IMG/VR virus record: IMGVR_UViG_3300025106_000003
Coordinates: 1 to 56,064 of that record
Reading direction: 5' to 3' (one strand)
Source: a virus
Taxonomy: Duplodnaviria; Caudoviricetes
DNA length: 56,064 bases
This document shows positions 1-10,332 of the stretch, piece after piece. The translations under genes and the position numbers were made by a program. The notes below the pieces were generated by a model, which was not told the origin of the DNA, did no database searches, and was given only the letters and a program-made list of their open reading frames with translations. The first letter of the stretch is position 1, and the number at the start of each line of letters is the position of its first letter.

Positions 1-1526
1 AGCATTTACCGAAAGACGCTGAGAGAAGTATACCTGTCAACTCCTTCTATGTAAAAAATATTAACCTTTTTTCTATCGTAGACGGATCTCAGATTCCTCT
101 AACTGGTGACCCTGTCTGCGCCATCGGAAGCGATTACACCGTAGATGTTTTCGGCAGGGTTCCGGTAAATATTACAGGCTTCTTTACTGGTGAAATTTTG
201 CCAGAGCATAGCGGAGTGAGAGACTTTAAAAACGCCCTTATCACAGGCAAGATGTCTGGTCTGAACTCTGGTGACTGGGTAAGGTTTCATAATGCTTCTG
301 GAAAGCTGACTCAAGATCACGGATCTGGCTACTTTTCTGGCAAGTTTTACGGAACAGGAGTGTTTGAGAATAATGCGCCGGGCTGGTTCTATGAGCCTAC
401 TACAGAAGAGGTCACATTCAAGAAGCCCGTAACGCTTGGAATATTCAACGATACCGGAACTATGGATCCGAATTATCTGGCGCTGTTTGATTCTATCGGG
501 ACAAGCGGGTCAGGACAGTTTAGTGGTAAATTTATTTCTATCAATGAGGATGTTGTTAATCGCGAGTTGGTTGCTGGAGGGTTTTTAAATCCAGAGGTTA
601 GCATTAATTACAATACTGGGGTATACTTCCGAGGCAATATTACTGGCAATATCGCTGTAACCAACAAGAGCGGCTTCTTCGATTCTGGATACCGTATCAC
701 GGGATACTCTGACAGTGGAAGCTTCTTCTACGAGACTGGCATTACTGGTGTGACGCCACAAATCATTTATGTTCTGGAGAATCCAACTGGATTTGTAAAT
801 GCTTCGGTAAATGTCGCCGTAACAAACTTGGCCACATATGATTATCTGTCTATAAATGGAGAAGAAACAAGAAAGGCTCCAGCTTATGATTTGTCCACGT
901 ATTCATCTCCAGAGTACTTCTATGACTTTGCGCAGCTAGTTTCCGGCATCAGCGGTAGCCCTCTAATCTTTGGCGCGTACATTAAGAATGTTGACTTCTT
1001 AAATCAAACCTTTACATTGGAGGCGGCGCAATCTGGTGTATCTGGAAACCTAATTCCAATCAGCACAAACTCTACTGGATTTAATATCTCGTCAAATGGC
1101 GGATATTTGACTGGTGGCCAAACCTTTTATCAGAGAATTTCTGGAACTGGAAATTACGACCATGACGCCAGTGGTTATATCGCTGTCACTGGGTATTATA
1201 CTTCGACCGGTGGATCTGGATATCTCAGCGGAAACGTCCCGACTTATATGGGTCTGCGCGAATTCTCTGGGGTTTGGGATATATCGTCTGGTGCGGGATA
1301 CTCGTTTAAGACATTGGAGTTGTTTTCAGCGGGTGGGGACTTGTTTTATTCTGGAGACTTTGGAGGCGCAAGCGGCGAGTTCTTCCCCGTTTCCTGCTCG
1401 GTGAAAATCAACTACAACGATGTCGGCCTACCAGTTACAGAACTTGACGTTGTGAAGTTAAAAATATTTGATATCAACTCGGCTTCTGGAGTAGAATACT
1501 TTATTACAGGAACAAATAATCTATAA
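1..1526 (+). CDS. Gly/Ser/Thr-rich putative virion structural protein, 5'-truncated by window edge
   Basis: Frame of ORF 198..1526 is open back to position 3; SG/TG-rich beta-type composition. Confidence 0.55.
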   Translation, partial: HLPKDAERSIPVNSFYVKNINLFSIVDGSQIPLTGDPVCAIGSDYTVDVFGRVPVNITGFFTGEILPEHSGVRDFKNALITGKMSGLNSGDWVRFHNASGKLTQDHGSGYFSGKFYGTGVFENNAPGWFYEPTTEEVTFKKPVTLGIFNDTGTMDPNYLALFDSIGTSGSGQFSGKFISINEDVVNRELVAGGFLNPEVSINYNTGVYFRGNITGNIAVTNKSGFFDSGYRITGYSDSGSFFYETGITGVTPQIIYVLENPTGFVNASVNVAVTNLATYDYLSINGEETRKAPAYDLSTYSSPEYFYDFAQLVSGISGSPLIFGAYIKNVDFLNQTFTLEAAQSGVSGNLIPISTNSTGFNISSNGGYLTGGQTFYQRISGTGNYDHDASGYIAVTGYYTSTGGSGYLSGNVPTYMGLREFSGVWDISSGAGYSFKTLELFSAGGDLFYSGDFGGASGEFFPVSCSVKINYNDVGLPVTELDVVKLKIFDINSASGVEYFITGTNNL

Positions 1527-1528
1527 GT

Positions 1529-2158
1529 ATGGCAAATCATTATTCGCAACCCTTTTTAAACGGCGCATCGTCAAGTCCCGCAAGAAGATTTGAGGTAAAG
1601 CTGTCTGGCGTCGACGCTTCCAACTTGAAGAAATATAAGGTTTCAAGCGGCACTTGTTTTCGTACATTTTCATATGATACTGGCAATGGCGCTAGGGGCG
1701 GATCTATACCAATTGCTGGTCTAGAATCTGGCTTTGAGTGGGGCGTGGGAGAAAAGGTTTATCTAGAATTTGATATTTCTCAAAACCTACAGGTTACTGG
1801 GGCTAGAGTTAAATGCTCAAGCGTTGGCAGCGCATCTTCTGAAGCTTCCTCGAAAGAACCAAACGTTGCTGAGTGGGCTGATTTTCCAAATATGTTTAGG
1901 ATTACTCCTCAAGATCAGCTTGATGGTGATGGTTATGTTTTTAAAAGAGCAGAAAATAAGAGGCAAACTAAAGCCTATCTTCTCTTGGCTACACGCAGCG
2001 ACGACGGCGACGGGAATGCATCTGCCTCTAGCACCTTTAGAATAAACGGAAAGGTCGACTCTAACATTATAATGATGATTAGTCAGGTTAGCGGAGTACC
2101 TGTTGTTTTTCCGATGCCTTGGTTTGGTTCAGCTTACTCTGACGACAACCTGTATTAA
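1529..2158 (+). CDS. hypothetical protein (probable structural module)
   Basis: 209-aa ORF, ATG 2 nt after upstream stop. Confidence 0.6.
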   Translation: MANHYSQPFLNGASSSPARRFEVKLSGVDASNLKKYKVSSGTCFRTFSYDTGNGARGGSIPIAGLESGFEWGVGEKVYLEFDISQNLQVTGARVKCSSVGSASSEASSKEPNVAEWADFPNMFRITPQDQLDGDGYVFKRAENKRQTKAYLLLATRSDDGDGNASASSTFRINGKVDSNIIMMISQVSGVPVVFPMPWFGSAYSDDNLY

Positions 2159-2159
2159 A

Positions 2160-3041
2160 ATGTATTTAAACTATCTAGGTTACGTTCCATTCAATGTCGA
2201 TAACCTGCCTGAGAGGAAGCCTTTGCGCGGCGCAGGCACGGATCGGCCTGTGGGCTTGATCCCATCTACTATGTTTGATATTTATTGGAGCGTAAGAAGT
2301 ATGAGCGTGGGGGTTTCTAGCTATATACAGAATAACCAGTCTGCTTTTGATGTGTTTATGATAGGGGGAGGGTCTAGCTTTACAGTCGCTGGAGCCAACG
2401 CTGGATTGGAGCTTCTCAATTTCGTTAACTCTCAAAACAATGGCGCGGGATCATTTTCTGGAAACACTAAAATTCAAAACGCTATATCTTTGAAAAACAG
2501 AAGGGGAATGGCTTACGGGGCAGAAAATCCATTTGATACGACGATTATGAAGAAAGACCGCTACGGCGTCACGCCTCAGGTTACAATTTCTAGAACCAAG
2601 AAGAACGTAAATGAGGGCACTATTTGCGGCGCAGGGCCTCAGCATTTTTTGCATACAAAAAGCGGATACGTCTTTATAGATTTCTCTGACATCTTATTTT
2701 ATCAAGGGCTTTATTGGCCAAAGATCCTAGTTATGCTTGGAGGCGCTGGAGCGGAATATTTCGTTTCAACTACTGTAAGTAGGAAGAAGGATGGGACGCT
2801 GTATTTTCCCACTTGGGATTTAATCCAAGCGCAGGGTGGCGTCTCGTTTTTCGGACATCTTATTCCTATGTATGCTGGAATAGGGCTTAGTTTGGTGACA
2901 AACAACCCAAATCTAAGCTTTATCACGGGGACGATATCTAAAGCAAAGCACTGCTGCGCAGAATTTTACTACGACGGCATGGACGAGGTTAGATGCAATA
3001 GATGCGAAGAAGGAAAACTCTTCCTAGACTCTATTAAATAG
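2160..3041 (+). CDS. hypothetical protein with Cys-rich C-terminus
   Basis: ATG at 2160 (MYLNY) abuts upstream stop; same frame as ORF 2103..3041. Confidence 0.6.
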   Translation: MYLNYLGYVPFNVDNLPERKPLRGAGTDRPVGLIPSTMFDIYWSVRSMSVGVSSYIQNNQSAFDVFMIGGGSSFTVAGANAGLELLNFVNSQNNGAGSFSGNTKIQNAISLKNRRGMAYGAENPFDTTIMKKDRYGVTPQVTISRTKKNVNEGTICGAGPQHFLHTKSGYVFIDFSDILFYQGLYWPKILVMLGGAGAEYFVSTTVSRKKDGTLYFPTWDLIQAQGGVSFFGHLIPMYAGIGLSLVTNNPNLSFITGTISKAKHCCAEFYYDGMDEVRCNRCEEGKLFLDSIK

Positions 3042-3255
3042 ATTTAAAATAGGAGCAGTCCGCGCACGTTTTCACGCAAGTTCTCTTATTTAAGAATGCG
3101 CAGTAAGCGTATCTAGTTGTCTTGGAAGTAGGGATCTTTCCGCAACAAGTCTTGGAGGCGGATTCCTCCAAGATTCTTTTGTGAGCACAGTTGTTGAACT
3201 TATTTTCTGGATCAACTAGCTGCATTTTCCTCGACCTTTTTCTTGATTCTTTCAA
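3034..3255 (-). CDS. small Cys-rich hypothetical protein
   Basis: 73-aa ORF with CC and CxxC clusters closing the minus-strand operon; start uncertain. Confidence 0.4.
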   Translation of the reverse strand: MKESRKRSRKMQLVDPENKFNNCAHKRILEESASKTCCGKIPTSKTTRYAYCAFLNKRTCVKTCADCSYFKSI

Positions 3256-4039
3256 TCAGCTTAAAGATCTGGTCTTTAGGGATATCCGTGACGCTAGTCC
3301 ATGCTTCTGCCTCGGCGTTACCCTCTTTTACTACAGCCCTCTTGACGGTGTCAAAGCTGATGCTAGCCTTATCCATCAGTTTCGTAAGAACGTTTACGGG
3401 ATCAAGGGCTGACACGCTTTTTGGGGCAGATTCCTCGCTTGTGGAGGCATTCTTTTTGTCGCCCATTTCGTCCGAACCAACAATGTTGATACGAAGGAAG
3501 TTTCTGACGGCGCGGGTAAAAGCACGATTCTCGGCGGTGGCCATCAAGAAGTCACGAGCAAAGCTCTTTGTGTTTTCCGTGTGAGCGTCAGCCAAAGCCT
3601 CAAACTCCACAGCTGCGAAGTCAGTTTCATAATTCGGGAGCCAAGTGATGTTACAGGTGACCGCAACATAGGTTGGTGTGGCCACGTGGACGGTGTATGC
3701 GACCTTTCGGATTCCCCTGATTTGCGCAAGATCCTTGATTCCACCTAGCAGGATCAAAAGTTGATTGTCGTCAAGGTCTTCGACCTTAAGATCACGCAGG
3801 GCAGTCCCCTCTGGGAATTTTGCCGCATTCGGGACGAGATATTCCTTCTTTACCAGTTTTCGCCAGTTGATAAGGCCAGTCTCTTCATCCTTCGGATACT
3901 CCTGATTTAGAAGGAGGCCGTCCGAATTTCTGCGGTATTTCGCTGATGTTGTGGCTACTGATGTCACAAACGGAGCCTGCTCGTCCCCGCTGATTCCAAC
4001 GCCTTCTGTAGTTTGTTCTGATTTTTTTGGTCTTCCCAT
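3212..4039 (-). CDS. putative single-strand annealing protein (Rad52/Sak-like)
   Basis: Motif ATAENRAFTRAVRNFLRI resembles the AETRAxxRAL helix of Rad52-superfamily annealases. Confidence 0.5.
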   Translation of the reverse strand: MGRPKKSEQTTEGVGISGDEQAPFVTSVATTSAKYRRNSDGLLLNQEYPKDEETGLINWRKLVKKEYLVPNAAKFPEGTALRDLKVEDLDDNQLLILLGGIKDLAQIRGIRKVAYTVHVATPTYVAVTCNITWLPNYETDFAAVEFEALADAHTENTKSFARDFLMATAENRAFTRAVRNFLRINIVGSDEMGDKKNASTSEESAPKSVSALDPVNVLTKLMDKASISFDTVKRAVVKEGNAEAEAWTSVTDIPKDQIFKLIERIKKKVEENAAS

Positions 4040-4045
4040 ATAATT

Positions 4046-5236
4046 TTATTTCTTGTTGATTATAATACAATATTCTAGTTCTTTTGCTTGTTTTGTCAAG
4101 TCTTTTATTTCAGATAGTTTCTGCTCTCTGGAACCTCTGGATTCTGCGCCTTCTAGGAAAGCTTGTTTGCTGAGGAACATCTTGCGGTCAGAAAAGATCA
4201 CTCTTGAGGATCTGAAGACGGTGTCTTCATTTATTTTAGATTGATCTATGCTTTCGATGGATGTCTCGTCCACTTCTACGATAGGAGCAATGTCAATAAA
4301 ATCTAATTTGAGCATGTCCATTTCGTCTTTTGTGAAGTTGTTCTTGATGGCCGCAGGGATGAACTTAAAGCCCAGTCTTGAGACTGCCGCACAGAACTCC
4401 AATACTTCTGGACTATTCGAGCTTTCTTTTTTTATGTTGAAGATGAAGCCAGCGATATTTACCGTGCCTCTCCTTTCCTCTAGAAGAGTTAGGTCAAAAA
4501 TCTTATCTGTAACAAAAACGACATTTCTTTTCTCCGCGCTGACAAGGGCATTGACGATGTGTTTTTGCTCAACATTTTCCAAAAAATCGAACCTTATATT
4601 GACGGGCTGTCCCTTCATGAAATTTTCCGACACAGCTAGATCTGGAACAACATCGACTGTGGTTTTAGGATACTTGTCTCCGATATAGACGGTTTCCATT
4701 GGGGAAAAATCACCCTCTTTCCCAAGCTGCTGATAGATTTTTTTAAGAATCTCTTCCGGCTTGGTGTGCTCGCCTGACTTGGTTACAATTGCCTCGTGGG
4801 CGTGCTTGTTCCAGAACGGCCCAAGAGTCTTGTGAAGAGACCCCTCAGGATAAACGCAAACAGAAAACGTGGCGGGAGAAGCCATGTCGCAGATGGAAAG
4901 GTATCCAGATATGTTGCCTACGTAAAGAGAGCTGCTGCCCAAAACATAATTAAGCTGGCTGATTGTTAGAGATCCTGTCAGGTTTTTGCAGCCGTTCAGA
5001 ATCTGATCCTCCTTTGTGCCTATTTGTATCAGTTCAAATTCGTCAGCCAGTGGAGACTCTAAGATTTCGTCGACCACATCTTGAAAATATGGATACGAGG
5101 GCGCATATTCCGCCGTAGTCGAAAAGACCAGTAGAGGCTTGGATCCTAGCGTAACATAAGATGAGAAAACCTCAGGGGGAATAAGGTTCTGGGGATTGAC
5201 CCCGCAGTCGAGTGCGTATTTTTCTACTAGATGCAT
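4046..5236 (-). CDS. glycosyltransferase family 9-like protein
   Basis: IQIGxxxD...NLTGSLTISQLNYVL...LYVG resembles the GT9 C-terminal domain. Confidence 0.5.
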   Translation of the reverse strand: MHLVEKYALDCGVNPQNLIPPEVFSSYVTLGSKPLLVFSTTAEYAPSYPYFQDVVDEILESPLADEFELIQIGTKEDQILNGCKNLTGSLTISQLNYVLGSSSLYVGNISGYLSICDMASPATFSVCVYPEGSLHKTLGPFWNKHAHEAIVTKSGEHTKPEEILKKIYQQLGKEGDFSPMETVYIGDKYPKTTVDVVPDLAVSENFMKGQPVNIRFDFLENVEQKHIVNALVSAEKRNVVFVTDKIFDLTLLEERRGTVNIAGFIFNIKKESSNSPEVLEFCAAVSRLGFKFIPAAIKNNFTKDEMDMLKLDFIDIAPIVEVDETSIESIDQSKINEDTVFRSSRVIFSDRKMFLSKQAFLEGAESRGSREQKLSEIKDLTKQAKELEYCIIINKK

Positions 5237-7242
5237 ATCTTGTCCTCTCCGTTATGCTGGAAATTCTCTATTTTTTGCGTGTTAAAGTACGGGTTAAAAC
5301 AGATATCGAAAAGCCTTCCGTCTTCAGATTTTGACTCCATGAGTTTCTGATTATCCATTTCGGGCACGAACTCTATCCAATTGGCTATATCATGACCTAT
5401 TGCAGCATCGAATATGTCCTTATACCTTCTCTCGGTAGCCACGTAAACTTCCCACTTATCTTTTCCATAATGCTCTTGCAATTGTTGGGCAACCGAAAGC
5501 GCGGCCAGACAATCATTGAGTGAGTGAGGCATAGCCAATAATATCCTTTTTTTATCAGGACTTGTAAAGCTATCCTTAATTTTCTTTTTCCAGTCATTTT
5601 TGCCAACCTTCTCTGTTAGTGTTTTTTGGGCAACATGCCTGAAGTATTTCTCAATAGCGTCACGCTCTGTCCCTCTGCCAATCTCTTTCATCCAGTACTG
5701 GAATCCGTCGTAATCGTCTGTGACTTCTCTGTCCAAGACGTTTTTGTACAGGGCTTTTATCCATGTGGCGTTATCACTAAAACTCTCCACAGAGGCAGTT
5801 GGATTTGGCAATTCGCTGTTCCCCATGAACAGTTTGTCATTTTTTTGATCCACCTCTGGCGCAGAGTCCAGAAACCTTTCAAACTCTGCTCCAATATTTT
5901 CAATGCTGTAATTCAAGATAGCCCATTCCCGCGCCTCACGACCCCATTTTTCCTTATCTGCCTTGCTCATATTGCAGATCTTGGATAGCTGTTTACAGAT
6001 GGAGCCGGGCGAGGTGGATGCTTTGATGAATTCTGTGCCGTGTTCGACGTATTTATTCCAGTCTAGCGGTAGAGATTTTGCCGCAGGTTCGCACATTTCT
6101 TCACCGCAGGAGTAGTTTGTGACTAGGGTAATTAGCTCGCAAAGCTTGGCCTCTTGAATTGGGATTTCTTGACCTCCAGAAGTAAATGCATGAAGATACA
6201 CATCCATGAGGTTATAGATCTCATTGAGTTCTTTTTCCGTGATTCCAAATCCAACACCAGTGGTGACTTGAGACTTTTCAGCTTTGCAATACGGACAATC
6301 CTTGTTTTGAGGGTCAAGATCGATTTCTTTCTTTTTACCCTTCGCATCTAAAAGATACTCGCCCTTGTTGTCAAGTTGGTATTTTGACTTTCTATCATCA
6401 AAGGTTTTTACCTCGTATTTTCTGCATTTGCGGCAAATGTATGTAGTCAAGATCTCTTTAGTGTCAACTCCGTAGAGATCTGCCTGATCTTTAATATTCC
6501 ATCCCTCTGAAAAGTTTGTATGGAACAGGAGATAGGTATTTTTGATCTCTGGATTTTGTCTCTTCCACAACTTGTACCCCTCGATTACGTTTGGAACCAA
6601 CTTTCTTAGCTGATTGCGAAATACGAAACCGATGATGAAAGCATCTTCTTCCAGACCGAACTTCTTTCTAAGCTCTTTCCTCTGTGATTCTGGAAGTTTG
6701 TAGAAATGCTTGGATTCAATTGGGCCGTGGACGGTTTTGACATGACTCTCACCCTGCTCCTTGAGCGCCTTTTCCGCAAAGTTGCTCCAAACCCAGTAAT
6801 TCTTGACCTTGTGCGCGTTTGAAACGGCCTGCTTCAAGATTGGTACTGAGTCAAGCGTAATCCATAGTGCGGATGTAAGATTTGAGAACCAGCTTTTATC
6901 TACGACATAGTCGACCCCCCACCAGTCTTGCGCGCCGATGTAGACATCTGGTCTTACTTCATTAATGACTTTGTCGATAGAGTACGATCCGTATCCCGCC
7001 GCACGAGCCGCTTGTGGATCCTTAGATAGCTCCGATAGCTCCTCTTGATCTGAGGGCAGAGAGCCTATGCTTTTCCAAGGCGTATTCTTGAGCCCAGGAT
7101 CGCCCTCATGCATGCCGCAGCAGTAATGGTATATGTCGTACTTGCCAGTCCTGTACAGGTGCGATAGCAGCGCCTTCATGACGCGACCAAAGCCTGTCTT
7201 TGCCAAAGCAAAGTCCGAGTGAAATAATACCTTTTTGGGCAT
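5227..7242 (-). CDS. multidomain GT4 glycosyltransferase with Zn-ribbon insert, DUF4214-like and GT9-like C-terminal parts
   Basis: KTGFGRV, RNQLRK, YNLMDVY..SGGQEIPIQEA GT-B motifs; CRKC/CPYC insert; WIKALYKNVLDRE; RILLAMPHSLND. Confidence 0.75.
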   Translation of the reverse strand: MPKKVLFHSDFALAKTGFGRVMKALLSHLYRTGKYDIYHYCCGMHEGDPGLKNTPWKSIGSLPSDQEELSELSKDPQAARAAGYGSYSIDKVINEVRPDVYIGAQDWWGVDYVVDKSWFSNLTSALWITLDSVPILKQAVSNAHKVKNYWVWSNFAEKALKEQGESHVKTVHGPIESKHFYKLPESQRKELRKKFGLEEDAFIIGFVFRNQLRKLVPNVIEGYKLWKRQNPEIKNTYLLFHTNFSEGWNIKDQADLYGVDTKEILTTYICRKCRKYEVKTFDDRKSKYQLDNKGEYLLDAKGKKKEIDLDPQNKDCPYCKAEKSQVTTGVGFGITEKELNEIYNLMDVYLHAFTSGGQEIPIQEAKLCELITLVTNYSCGEEMCEPAAKSLPLDWNKYVEHGTEFIKASTSPGSICKQLSKICNMSKADKEKWGREAREWAILNYSIENIGAEFERFLDSAPEVDQKNDKLFMGNSELPNPTASVESFSDNATWIKALYKNVLDREVTDDYDGFQYWMKEIGRGTERDAIEKYFRHVAQKTLTEKVGKNDWKKKIKDSFTSPDKKRILLAMPHSLNDCLAALSVAQQLQEHYGKDKWEVYVATERRYKDIFDAAIGHDIANWIEFVPEMDNQKLMESKSEDGRLFDICFNPYFNTQKIENFQHNGEDKICI

Positions 7243-7248
7243 TAGAGA

Positions 7249-7740
7249 TTATTCTGATTCTGCGGTTTCCGCCGTGTCCACGGGGGCCTCTTCATAGAAG
7301 CCGTTTCTGATATACTCTTTCAGATACTCTCGTAGACAAATAACCTCATCAAGTGTAAAGCCTACGGAAAATGGATTGTCCTTATCTCGACTGTCGAGGA
7401 TCTTTAGGCCAAAACCTACAAGAACTTCCTCTCTTTCGTATGGGGAGAAATAAATCGACACACCGCTGTCGGCACCAAACTTATGGAAAGCACTCCACTT
7501 GTCTTTGGTTTCGATTGCGCGAATAATTCCGCCTGCTTCAAATTGATTGAATTTGATGTTTTTCTTGGCAGACGCAACGTCCTTATTCTCCTTGAATGAT
7601 CCAGTCTTTTTCTCAGGATTCCACGAGAACTGCCTGATAAAAGAAATGTAAAGTCCGCCGTCCTTTGCCCCCGCATTTACGGATACAGCTACGCCAGTGT
7701 TTTTCGAATTCGGTTTGTAGAATGATAGTTGTTTAATCAT
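7249..7740 (-). CDS. putative Whirly/PC4-like ssDNA-binding protein
   Basis: FYK..., SW...K.F...E.G.I...AFH spacing resembles the Whirly fold; acidic tail. Confidence 0.4.
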   Translation of the reverse strand: MIKQLSFYKPNSKNTGVAVSVNAGAKDGGLYISFIRQFSWNPEKKTGSFKENKDVASAKKNIKFNQFEAGGIIRAIETKDKWSAFHKFGADSGVSIYFSPYEREEVLVGFGLKILDSRDKDNPFSVGFTLDEVICLREYLKEYIRNGFYEEAPVDTAETAESE

Positions 7741-7830
7741 AGAAGATAATAGCTTTCAAACGGACCTACATCAAAAAAATATTAAGAATAAAATTCACGA
7801 AACGCGCTGAAAATATTTTCTTTTTGTCTA

Positions 7831-7858
7831 TTGACATCTCCCCAAAGCATGGTACAAT
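7831..7858 (+). promoter_or_regulatory. sigma70-type promoter (extended -10)
   Basis: TTGACA-16nt-TACAAT with TGn extension. Confidence 0.6.
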
Positions 7859-8175
7859 AAATTCCATCGATGGACTAAACGACGCTCGAAGAAAGGCGTC
7901 CAACAACACTCTTCTTCTCCAAACCTTTTCTTAAAATGCTTGGACGCGCAGCGGCCATCCCCCTTGGGGGTAGGGGGTATTCGACCTTACTGCGAAGCCT
8001 AATTTTAAATTCGTTTTAAAATCTTACCGCCGCATATGTGCAAAGACGGTCAGGTGGCAAGTGGTGAAACGCCATAACTATGTTCTTTATTTTGAATAAA
8101 AATACCGCATTCCACAGAATTTTACATGCGACGAGTTGGCGCTACGCGCCCGGCTCCGCTTCGCGGCAAAAAAGC

Positions 8176-8203
8176 TTGACAAATAGAAAAAGCGCGCTAT
8201 CTT
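8176..8203 (+). promoter_or_regulatory. sigma70-type promoter, probably leaderless transcript
   Basis: TTGACA-16nt-TATCTT, ATG 7 nt downstream. Confidence 0.6.
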
Positions 8204-8210
8204 AGCAAGA

Positions 8211-9218
8211 ATGAGTAATGTTTTAATGATTGAAAGTTGCGAAAAGAAGTCCGTTGCTGATGACTTTTCAAATACGACGATAGTTCACGTAAGGAATTCC
8301 AAAATTCTTCAACGAGAACTCGGTTATGATTTGGTGACGCACGCATCGCAGATCCCGTCAGTCATAAAAAACAGGTATGACCACATCATTTGTCATTACG
8401 CCTCACCGTACATGAAGTACAAAGAGTATCTGGTTCTTCTGGAGTCAAATCCTGACGCCAAACTCCACTGGTTTATGAATGACCACGATGGCGAGGACAA
8501 TATCCTGTTGCGGAATTACCTCAAGCAGACCCACAAAGCTTACAACGTCATCTGCAACAACCCACGCGCAGGTTACAGGCATTGGATTCTCGGTAAAAAT
8601 CTGGAAGAGAAGAAGTTAAATGATTGGCTCACAGAGTGGCACACGCTAAATCTTAATACGTTAATCTTTTCAGGCACATCCTCTTGCGCGCCCCGGCAAA
8701 AAAGCGGCTGTATCTATTTCGGCACATTTCGAAAACACCGTGCGGAAGACATGGCGGCTTTTAACGGAATTGAAAACTACACCATTTCCTCTTCCACTAA
8801 GAACCAGCAAAAATATATCGACGCAGGAATCCAAGCGAAGTTTATAGACAAGCTTGACTGGACAGTTGGAAATGAAACTCTTGCTAATTTCAAGTACTCT
8901 ATTTACTTCGAAGATAAGCATACTCATGAAAACTTCGCATATCTTGCGAATAGATTCTATGAATGCCTTATGACAGATGTCGTTCTTTTCTTTGACAGGA
9001 AATGCCAAAATACCATTGACCGAGCCAGAGAACAGGGATATATTATTGACGAATATCTCATAGTTGATGGGGCAGATGAGATAAATAGAAAAATACGTCA
9101 ACTAGACGCGCTTCCAGAATCGTATGAAATTGCGCTTAATCAACAAAGATTAAATATAGATATTGCAAAAAAAGAAAAACAAGATACACTCAAGATGATG
9201 AGGGAAATACTATCATGA
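8211..9218 (+). CDS. T4 beta-glucosyltransferase-like (GT63-like) glycosyltransferase
   Basis: IYFGTFRKHRAE and EDKHTHENF..LANRFYECLMTDVVLFFD match my recollection of T4 BGT IYGGSFRSGQRE and GDKNYNDNFITLRVWETMASDAVMLID. Confidence 0.6.
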   Translation: MSNVLMIESCEKKSVADDFSNTTIVHVRNSKILQRELGYDLVTHASQIPSVIKNRYDHIICHYASPYMKYKEYLVLLESNPDAKLHWFMNDHDGEDNILLRNYLKQTHKAYNVICNNPRAGYRHWILGKNLEEKKLNDWLTEWHTLNLNTLIFSGTSSCAPRQKSGCIYFGTFRKHRAEDMAAFNGIENYTISSSTKNQQKYIDAGIQAKFIDKLDWTVGNETLANFKYSIYFEDKHTHENFAYLANRFYECLMTDVVLFFDRKCQNTIDRAREQGYIIDEYLIVDGADEINRKIRQLDALPESYEIALNQQRLNIDIAKKEKQDTLKMMREILS

Positions 9219-9532
9219 ACGACGTAGAGAAATCTGCTAAAAAATACGAAAAAATTCTGGATGCGCTTGAGGCGACCATGAGTCGAGGCTCAAGAGTCGT
9301 AGTCAAGCCGTCCCCAGCCCTAAACAACAAGGGTATCATCAATAGCGACCAAACAGGAAGGCTCCAGAAAAATATGTGGGTTGTATTTGAGATCCACTAT
9401 CTCCCAGATGAACTCACAAATATCGTTCGAAGCGAAGCAGAACTCCGTCAGCACGGAATCTTATTTGATAAGAGACTCAGGGGCCAAGTCAGGGATTGGT
9501 ACGTCGATTACTCACTAACAATAAGCGATTAA
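9215..9532 (+). CDS. hypothetical protein
   Basis: 105-aa ORF, ATGA overlap with upstream gene. Confidence 0.6.
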   Translation: MNDVEKSAKKYEKILDALEATMSRGSRVVVKPSPALNNKGIINSDQTGRLQKNMWVVFEIHYLPDELTNIVRSEAELRQHGILFDKRLRGQVRDWYVDYSLTISD

Positions 9533-9536
9533 AAAT

Positions 9537-9797
9537 ATGATTAATAAACTTCCATTTATAGGCTGGGCTTTTAGCTTCATCGCCAGCGTGTCACTTTCGG
9601 TACCTTTCTGGTTCATCTGGACATTTTGCGGCATCGGAGAGAAGTACTTTTACTTTCTGCCCACGGTCTACCATTCCATCCCCTTCTGGAGCAGCGTCGG
9701 GCTTTTCATGGTTGTGGGTATTTTAAAGGCCGTCTTGACTCCCAAATTTGCAACCGTCTCACAGACAGTGAAAAATAACACTAAAGAGGAGGAGTAA
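9537..9797 (+). CDS. small membrane protein
   Basis: Two hydrophobic segments in 86 aa. Confidence 0.6.
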   Translation: MINKLPFIGWAFSFIASVSLSVPFWFIWTFCGIGEKYFYFLPTVYHSIPFWSSVGLFMVVGILKAVLTPKFATVSQTVKNNTKEEE

Positions 9798-9798
9798 T

Positions 9799-10332
9799 AT
9801 GGGCATCCTAAAAAATACAAACTGTTACCTTGTTGGTAATATCGAATATACTCAAGACGCTTATTCGTGGAGGACAATGATCTCCAGAGAATTGGCCGCG
9901 ATGGGGGTAAAAAGCCTAGACCCGAACAAGGACAACTTCATCAATCAAACTTCTGAAAATGAAGATGACAGAAAGAGACTAAAAGATGCTCGCTCTCGTG
10001 GGGAATGGGCCTTTGTTCACGACTACATGAAAAAGGTGATTCGGCGCGACCTGCGCATGGTAGACCTCTCCACCTTCATTGTGGGACGAATTGAGCCAAA
10101 AATGCCAACGTTTGGAACCATCCATGAGATCGTGGAGGCGTCTAAGCAAAGCAAGCCTATCCTTCTTCAAACCGACAGGAAAGATGAATTTCCCCTGTGG
10201 CTGGCCGGACTCGTAAACATGGAAATGGTATTTGAAAGCTGGACGGAGGTATTGATTTATATTCATTCAATTGACGGGGGAAGCGTCAAAGCAGACCCGA
10301 AGTACTGGAAAATTCTCAATAACGAATCATGA
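9799..10332 (+). CDS. nucleoside 2-deoxyribosyltransferase-like / nucleotide N-glycosidase
   Basis: YLVG.I...SWR...DP...RDLRMVDLS...GT..EI..A...KP pattern. Confidence 0.65.
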   Translation: MGILKNTNCYLVGNIEYTQDAYSWRTMISRELAAMGVKSLDPNKDNFINQTSENEDDRKRLKDARSRGEWAFVHDYMKKVIRRDLRMVDLSTFIVGRIEPKMPTFGTIHEIVEASKQSKPILLQTDRKDEFPLWLAGLVNMEMVFESWTEVLIYIHSIDGGSVKADPKYWKILNNES

